This document shows positions 57,055 through 62,225 of a stretch of 62,225 nucleotides of DNA, piece by piece. The position numbers and the translations under genes are program-made. The stretch is from an uncultured Fibrobacteraceae bacterium (lineage in GTDB: Bacteria; Krumholzibacteriota; Krumholzibacteriia; LZORAL124-64-63). Under the pieces are notes generated by a model. That model saw only the letters and a list, made by a program, of their open reading frames with translations. It made no database searches and was not told the DNA's origin. The DNA lies in assembly GCA_964549735.1 (NCBI GenBank), contig CAZJWO010000004.1:1-62225 (forward strand). The letters are read 5' to 3'. Within the stretch, counting starts at the first letter, position 1. The number at the start of each line of letters is the position of its first letter.

Positions 57055-58778
57055 CCGCGCGCGCCGACGATGCGACGCGCTCCGGCCCGTCGCGAACGGA
57101 TCTGGAGCTGGTCTCCCTGGGCGCGGCGCCCGCGATCGCCCGCTGCCTGCCGGGCGCGGAGCTCGTCCTGGGGCGCGACCCGTCGTGCGACGTGCGGCTG
57201 GACGATGCCACGGTCAGCCGGCGCCACACCCGTTTGGCCTGGCAGGACGGCGCCTGGTGGGTGCAGGACCTCGGTTCGGGCAACGGCACCCTGCTGGCCG
57301 GCGCGCGCGTGCAGCAAGCGGTGCTCAGCGACGGCGCGACGTTGCAGGTCGGTCCGTTCCAGTGGGTCGTGCGCCTGCGCCGCCCGCCGGCGCGCTGGCG
57401 CGCCGCCGACGGCTGGCTGGTCTGGCGGCTCTCCGCGCTCGAGCCGCGGGCGGGCGCGGTCGACCGCCTGCTCTGGAAGCGTCAGACCGTGCTCGGGCGC
57501 AGCGCCACGGCCGATGTCGTGGTCGGCGGCGACCAGGTCTCGGCGCTGCACGCGAAGCTCCAGTACGGCGCCGCCGGCCTCGGCGTGACCGATCTCGGCA
57601 GCGCCAACGGGACCCGCGTCAACGGCGCGCCGGTGCGGGGGGCCCGCGTGCAGGACGGCGACCGCCTGGAGATCGCCGACCTGCCGTTCCGCTTGCGCCG
57701 CACCTGGGTGCCCGTGCCGGCGGTCATGGGCGCGGCGGGCGTGTTCGCGGCGCTGCTGCTGGTGCTGGCGCTGCTGCCGACGGCCGGCCGCCGCACGCTC
57801 GAGCGGGACCGCTGGTGGACGCGCGAGATGTACCTCGAGCAGGCCCAGCGCAGCCTCACCGAAGCGGTCGACGCCTGGCAGCGGCCGCAGCCGGCGCGCG
57901 AGCTGGCCCGCGCACGCTTCGACATCGCGTTGCGTTCCCTGGCCGCCGTCGACTACCTGCCCATGCACGCGCCCGCCGGAAGCGACATCGCCGCCGCCCT
58001 GCAGCGCGCGGAACTGGAGTTCGGCGGTCCGCTGCAGGGCCGCGACCTCTACGCCATCCTGCAGGAGCTCGAGGATGCGCCGCAGCCGCCGCCGGTCGCC
58101 GAGACGGCGGCGCCGAGCGCGCCGCCTCCATATTCGCTGGACGCGGAGCTGAGCCTGATCATGGCCGAATTCGGCATCGACGTCGCCACCCAGCCGATGC
58201 CGCCCGACCTGGTGGCGGCCATCGAACGCTTCGTCGACTACTGGTCGAACGAGAAACGCGGCTTCACGCGCCGCGCCTGGCGGCGCGGCCAGCAGCATCT
58301 GCCCATGATCGAGGACACGCTGCGGCGTTACCGTCTGCCGCCGGTCTTCAGCTACCTGCCGTTCATCGAGAGCCGTTTCGAGGTCGACATCCTGAGCGAG
58401 GCCGGCGCCCGCGGCCTGTGGCAATTCATGCCCGCCACGGCGCGCCAATACGGCCTGCGAGTCGACGCCGCGGTCGACGAGCGCATCGACCCCGTGAAAT
58501 CGACCGAGGCCGCGTGCCAGTATATCGAGTTCCTGCTGAACGCGTTCGGCGCCAACTCGTTCATGAGCGCGATCGCCGCCTACAACAAGGGCGAGCACGG
58601 CATCCTGCGCTGCCTGGGCCGTGCCGCGGACTGGCGCTCGCGCTGGAATTTCTGGGACATCGCCACGCGCGGCGACTGCCTCAAGCAGGAGACGATCGAA
58701 TACGTCCCGAAGTTCCTCGCCGCGGCCGTCGTCCTGCGGCGGCCCGATGTCTTCGTGCTGGAGGAGGGGGGCGTATGA
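57051..58778 (+). CDS. Tandem FHA-FHA-TM-lytic transglycosylase (SLT/MltD-like) protein
   Basis: Two FHA ('LGR...VSRRH...GSGNG'; 'LGR...VSALH...GSANG'); TM 'GVFAALLLVLALL'; SLT 'FIES', 'GARGLWQFMPATA', 'AAYNKGE'; ATGA overlap with the upstream gene. Confidence 0.88.
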   Translation: MTARADDATRSGPSRTDLELVSLGAAPAIARCLPGAELVLGRDPSCDVRLDDATVSRRHTRLAWQDGAWWVQDLGSGNGTLLAGARVQQAVLSDGATLQVGPFQWVVRLRRPPARWRAADGWLVWRLSALEPRAGAVDRLLWKRQTVLGRSATADVVVGGDQVSALHAKLQYGAAGLGVTDLGSANGTRVNGAPVRGARVQDGDRLEIADLPFRLRRTWVPVPAVMGAAGVFAALLLVLALLPTAGRRTLERDRWWTREMYLEQAQRSLTEAVDAWQRPQPARELARARFDIALRSLAAVDYLPMHAPAGSDIAAALQRAELEFGGPLQGRDLYAILQELEDAPQPPPVAETAAPSAPPPYSLDAELSLIMAEFGIDVATQPMPPDLVAAIERFVDYWSNEKRGFTRRAWRRGQQHLPMIEDTLRRYRLPPVFSYLPFIESRFEVDILSEAGARGLWQFMPATARQYGLRVDAAVDERIDPVKSTEAACQYIEFLLNAFGANSFMSAIAAYNKGEHGILRCLGRAADWRSRWNFWDIATRGDCLKQETIEYVPKFLAAAVVLRRPDVFVLEEGGV

Positions 58779-60049
58779 GCGCGCCTGCCATCCGCCTGCT
58801 CGCCGCGCAGGCGGCGCTCGCCGCCGGCCTCGCGGTGGCGGTCGGGCCGGCTGTCGCCGCGGACGCCGTGCACCGGCTGCACATCGAACCTGGCTTCCGC
58901 ATGCCGCAGGCCCAGCTGCTGATCCCAGTCACCGCCGTGAACGAGCAGGGCGCGTTCGTGCTCCTTTCGCGCGCCGCGCCGACCTGCCAGATCGCGGGGG
59001 AGCCGGTCGAGATCGTCGATCTCGTCGAGCCCGTCGCGACCGCCGTGCTGATCATCAGCGATCAGTTCCTTGTGGCGCCAGCATGGTCCTCGACGCCGCT
59101 GGTGGCGCCCGCGTCGCCCCACTGGCTTGGGATCTGGGACGCATCCCAGGAGCCGATCCCGCACGTCGCGCTGCAGCCGGCCGCCGGCCTGGCTCCGGCG
59201 GCGATGCCGGCGCCCCACGTGCCGCGCCTCTGGGACGCGCTGCTGGCCGGGATCCGCGAACTCGCCGTCTTGCCGTCGATACCGGTCCGCCGGGTCATCC
59301 TGGTCATCGGCGACCTGCGCGAAGAAGACGCCAGCGCGCACCCGATGGCCGCCTGCCTCGAGGCGGCCGTCGAGGTCGCGATCCCGATCCATGCCGTGGT
59401 CATCGACGGTGCCGACCCGCAGGCGGTCGAGCGCCTGCGCCATCTGGCGGAGGCGACCGGCGGCAGCCTGCAGCGGGAGGTCTCGGCGGTGCCGGCCCTG
59501 CTCGCGGGGTTGGCCCGGATCGGGGCGGCCGGCGGACTGATCGTGCACGATCCCGGCGGGCCGCTGCCCCTGGCGGCGACCGTGACGGCGCACACGGGCG
59601 CACCGGCCGCGCACACGCGGATCGTCGCCCGGCCGCGCGGCCGCTACACGCCGGGCGCGGGCCTGGTGACGGCCGCGGCGGTGCTGCTGGCCGCCGCCGG
59701 CGGGTGGACGGCCTGGCGGCTGTGGCGGCGGCGTCCGGTGGGCTATCTGGTCGGCGCCGATCCGGCGCATCCCTGGTGTCGCGCGATACCGGCCGCCGGC
59801 CTGACCATCGGCCGCACGCCGAACAACGGCCTGCACCTGGCAGAGAACCGGGTTTCCAAGCATCATGCCCTCGTGCGCTGGCATCGGGGGCAGATCCAGC
59901 TCATCGACCTGCGGTCGACCAACGGCACGCAGATCAACGACCGGCCGGTGCGATCGGCCGCGCTCGCCGAGGGCGACACGATCGTGTTCGGCGACGCGGT
60001 GACGGTGCAGTTCCGGCGGCGCGCGCCGCAGTCGCGAGATAGGACATAG
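58775..60049 (+). CDS. Signal peptide / VWA-like / TM / FHA membrane protein
   Basis: Start ATG 58775 (ATGA overlap); signal peptide; VWA-like 'RRVILVIGD...IPIHAVVI...LRHLAEATGG'; TM followed by RRR; FHA 'IGR...VSKHH...STNGT'. Confidence 0.75.
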   Translation: MSAPAIRLLAAQAALAAGLAVAVGPAVAADAVHRLHIEPGFRMPQAQLLIPVTAVNEQGAFVLLSRAAPTCQIAGEPVEIVDLVEPVATAVLIISDQFLVAPAWSSTPLVAPASPHWLGIWDASQEPIPHVALQPAAGLAPAAMPAPHVPRLWDALLAGIRELAVLPSIPVRRVILVIGDLREEDASAHPMAACLEAAVEVAIPIHAVVIDGADPQAVERLRHLAEATGGSLQREVSAVPALLAGLARIGAAGGLIVHDPGGPLPLAATVTAHTGAPAAHTRIVARPRGRYTPGAGLVTAAAVLLAAAGGWTAWRLWRRRPVGYLVGADPAHPWCRAIPAAGLTIGRTPNNGLHLAENRVSKHHALVRWHRGQIQLIDLRSTNGTQINDRPVRSAALAEGDTIVFGDAVTVQFRRRAPQSRDRT

Positions 60050-60132
60050 GCGGCGGGCGAAAAAAGTGGCATGATGCGACCGGCAAGGTCCGCTTGCCGG
60101 CGCGCCGGATCAACGGAAGAGGACACAGCACC

Positions 60133-60900
60133 GTGGAGCAGGGATATCCCACCATCTTGCCGGAGCTCAACCTCGTGCACGCGTACGTGTCCGATCCGGG
60201 CTGCAAGCGCGAGAGGAACGAGGACGCGGCGGGATTCTTCGCCGGTCCCGACGGCAGCGGGGCCTACCTCATGGTGGTGGCCGACGGCGTCGGCGGGACG
60301 CTGGCCGGCGAGGTCGCCAGCCAGCTCGCCGTCGAGATGATCGGCCAGCGGTTCTTCGCCGCCGGCGTGCCGGAGCGGCCCGCGCACGCCCTGAAGGACG
60401 CCATCACGGCGGCCAACGAGGCGATCCGCGCGGCGGCCGCCCGCGAACCCCGTCACGCCGGCATGGCCACGACGTGCACGGCGGCCTACCTGTGCGGCCA
60501 GGATCTGGTGCTGGGACACATCGGCGACTGCCGCGCCTACCTCATCGAGCAGGGCCAGATCCGCAGGCTGACCCATGACCATTCCGCCGCCGCCGAGATG
60601 CAGCGCCGCGGCGAGTACGTGCCGCCGGACCGCCAGGATCTCGCCAACACCTTGACGCGCTGGCTGGGCACCGAGCCGGTGGTCGAGATCGATGTCCATC
60701 AGCCCATCGTCTTCGCCGCCGGCGCCACGCTCGTGCTCTGCTCCGACGGCCTGGTCAAGGTCGTCGACGAGGCCGAGATCGTCCGCGTCGTATCGTTGCA
60801 TCTGCCCGGGGGCGCCTGCCGCAAGCTGGTCGACCTGGCGCGGGAGCGCGGCGGGCCCGACAACATCACGGTCCACGTGGCGCGCTACTGCCGGTCGTGA
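60133..60900 (+). CDS. PP2C (Stp1/PppA-like) Ser/Thr phosphatase
   Basis: 'SDPGCKRERNED', 'VADGVGG', 'GHIGDCRAY', 'LCSDGL', 'GGPDNIT'; GTG start after AGAGGA. Confidence 0.93.
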   Translation: MEQGYPTILPELNLVHAYVSDPGCKRERNEDAAGFFAGPDGSGAYLMVVADGVGGTLAGEVASQLAVEMIGQRFFAAGVPERPAHALKDAITAANEAIRAAAAREPRHAGMATTCTAAYLCGQDLVLGHIGDCRAYLIEQGQIRRLTHDHSAAAEMQRRGEYVPPDRQDLANTLTRWLGTEPVVEIDVHQPIVFAAGATLVLCSDGLVKVVDEAEIVRVVSLHLPGGACRKLVDLARERGGPDNITVHVARYCRS

Positions 60901-60919
60901 ACGAGGAGTCGAAAGAGCG

Positions 60920-62225
60920 ATGAAACAGACGTTCCACGGCTTCGAGATCCGCGAGAAGATCGGCTCGGGCGGCATGTCCACGGTCTATCGCGGCGTTCAC
61001 GCCACGCTCGGCTACCCGGTGGCGATCAAGGTGCTGCACCCGGCTCTGGCGGGCGACGAGAACTTCATCGCCCGCTTCGAGCGCGAGGCCCGCAGCGCGT
61101 CCTCGCTGCGCTCGAACAACATCGCGACGGTCATCGATTTCGGGACCGAGAACGACATCTACTTCATCGTCATGGAGTACGTCGACGGGCCGGATCTCAG
61201 CCAGCTGCTCGGCCAGACGCAGGACTCGCAGCAAGCGCCGCGCGGCTTGCCCGCCGAGATCGCGCTGATCCTGCTGGAGGAGACGGCGTACGGCCTGCAG
61301 GAGGCCCACCACCAGAACATCATCCACCGCGACGTGAAGCCCAGCAACATCCTGCTGAACAAGAAGGGCGAGGTCAAGATCGCCGACTTCGGCCTGGCGC
61401 GCGACACCAGCAAGGTCTCGCTGGGCAGGCGCGACCTGACGATGCCGGGCATGGTCGTCGGCACGCCGTCGTACATGTCGCCGGAACAGGCGGTGGGCAA
61501 GGAGAACATCGACCAGTGCACCGACGTCTTCAGCCTCGGCGTGGTGGCGTACCAGCTGCTGTCCGGTCGCAAGCCGTTCGTGGGGACCACGCCGGCCGAG
61601 GTCCAGGAGAACATCATCAACCAGCCGCCGCCGCCGCTCGAGTATCGCGAGTGCCCGCTGCGGACCGCGGAGATCGATCAGCTCCTGGCCAAGATGCTGG
61701 CGAAGGATCCGTCGCGGCGCTACCAGAACATGGAGCAGGTGCGGCGCGGCATCCAGGCCGCCATCGACAGCATCGACGTGGCGGGCAACGTGGGGCGCTA
61801 CCGGCGCGAGTACCTCAAGCGCTTCGTGGCCGATCCGCGCCTGTTCGCCGAGGAGATGCGGCAGCAGAACATCGCCGACCGGCTCAAGCGCGGCTATCAC
61901 TTCAAGGAGATGGGCCTGTCGAACATCGGCGACGCGGTGCAGGAGTTCTCCGTCGTCCTGGCGCTCGATCCCGAGAACCAGAAAGCCGCCGCCGCGCTCG
62001 CCGAGCTGCAGCGCAAGGCCGAGGAGTCGGGCGTGGCGTTCCCGGCGTTCGGGCAGCGGGCGCGACCCGACGCCGCCGACGTGACGCGGATCGTGGCGGC
62101 GGATGACCGCGCCGCCCGCGCCGCCCCGGCCGCCGAGCCCACGCGCATCGTCGGCGGCCAGCCCGCCGCGCCGTCGCCGCCGCGCCGGGCCGCCAGGGCG
62201 GCGGGTCCGCGAGCTGGCGAAGCGG
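60920..62225 (+). CDS. Hanks-type Ser/Thr protein kinase with TPR-like segment, 3'-truncated by the window edge
   Basis: Not in the ORF track (no stop). Hand translation: 'KIGSGGMSTVY', 'VAIKVLH', 'FEREA', 'IHRDVKPSNILL', 'KIADFGLA', 'GTPSYMSPEQ', 'DVFSLG', then 'DAVQEFSVVLALDPENQKA'. Confidence 0.93.
   Translation, partial: MKQTFHGFEIREKIGSGGMSTVYRGVHATLGYPVAIKVLHPALAGDENFIARFEREARSASSLRSNNIATVIDFGTENDIYFIVMEYVDGPDLSQLLGQTQDSQQAPRGLPAEIALILLEETAYGLQEAHHQNIIHRDVKPSNILLNKKGEVKIADFGLARDTSKVSLGRRDLTMPGMVVGTPSYMSPEQAVGKENIDQCTDVFSLGVVAYQLLSGRKPFVGTTPAEVQENIINQPPPPLEYRECPLRTAEIDQLLAKMLAKDPSRRYQNMEQVRRGIQAAIDSIDVAGNVGRYRREYLKRFVADPRLFAEEMRQQNIADRLKRGYHFKEMGLSNIGDAVQEFSVVLALDPENQKAAAALAELQRKAEESGVAFPAFGQRARPDAADVTRIVAADDRAARAAPAAEPTRIVGGQPAAPSPPRRAARAAGPRAGEA

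Noticed and set aside
56996-58774. N-terminal ~590 aa of the 1017-aa ORF 56996..60049 (similarly the upstream extensions of track ORFs for tssC, tssE, tssG, TIGR02270, mscS, ddl and SIMPL)
   Set aside because: These overlap real genes in other frames; true starts were reassigned using RBS, overlap coupling and domain boundaries.

Overview
A very GC-rich bacterial contig segment. Bases 15-47 are a leaked Illumina TruSeq adapter, and both terminal genes are truncated. A C-terminal FlgD-Ig 'YPNPxNP...WDG' sorting-type domain suggests an FCB-group candidate lineage (Latescibacterota/Krumholzibacteriota/Eisenbacteria-like); this is inference only. The left half (1-33.9 kb) holds envelope, hydrolase and metabolic genes. 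It includes a HAD phosphatase/G1PDH-like pair and a tightly coupled six-gene operon (kamA, two Ddl-like ATP-grasp ligases, a GNAT-HDAC fusion, a GNAT, a MurC paralog). That operon lies behind a sigma70 promoter and a ~175-nt leader whose 5' end pairs with the Shine-Dalgarno. Also present are an L,D-transpeptidase, a degenerate-PTA::butyrate kinase fusion with ptb, mscS, adk and a probably leaderless XRE-DUF6922/AbiEii pair. The right half (33.9-62.2 kb) is a type VI secretion locus: vgrG-DUF6484-TIGR02270, a convergent DUF2169-thiolase-like-PAAR-AHH nuclease-Imm11 cassette, and tssA-B-C-hcp-tagJ-tssE-F-G-clpV. It is followed by a FlgD-domain secreted protein, three FHA proteins (one fused to a lytic transglycosylase), a PP2C phosphatase and a Ser/Thr kinase. 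No tssJ/K/L/M is visible in the window. The most striking unexplained signals are: a perfect 17-bp inverted repeat flanking a 91-bp TATAAT-containing segment between the divergent T6SS operons (possible invertible promoter), the riboswitch-like kamA leader, the kamA/Ddl/Mur operon itself, and PAAR and toxin ORFs in frame across a single TGA. No rRNA, tRNA, CRISPR array, transposase or recombinase was recognised.
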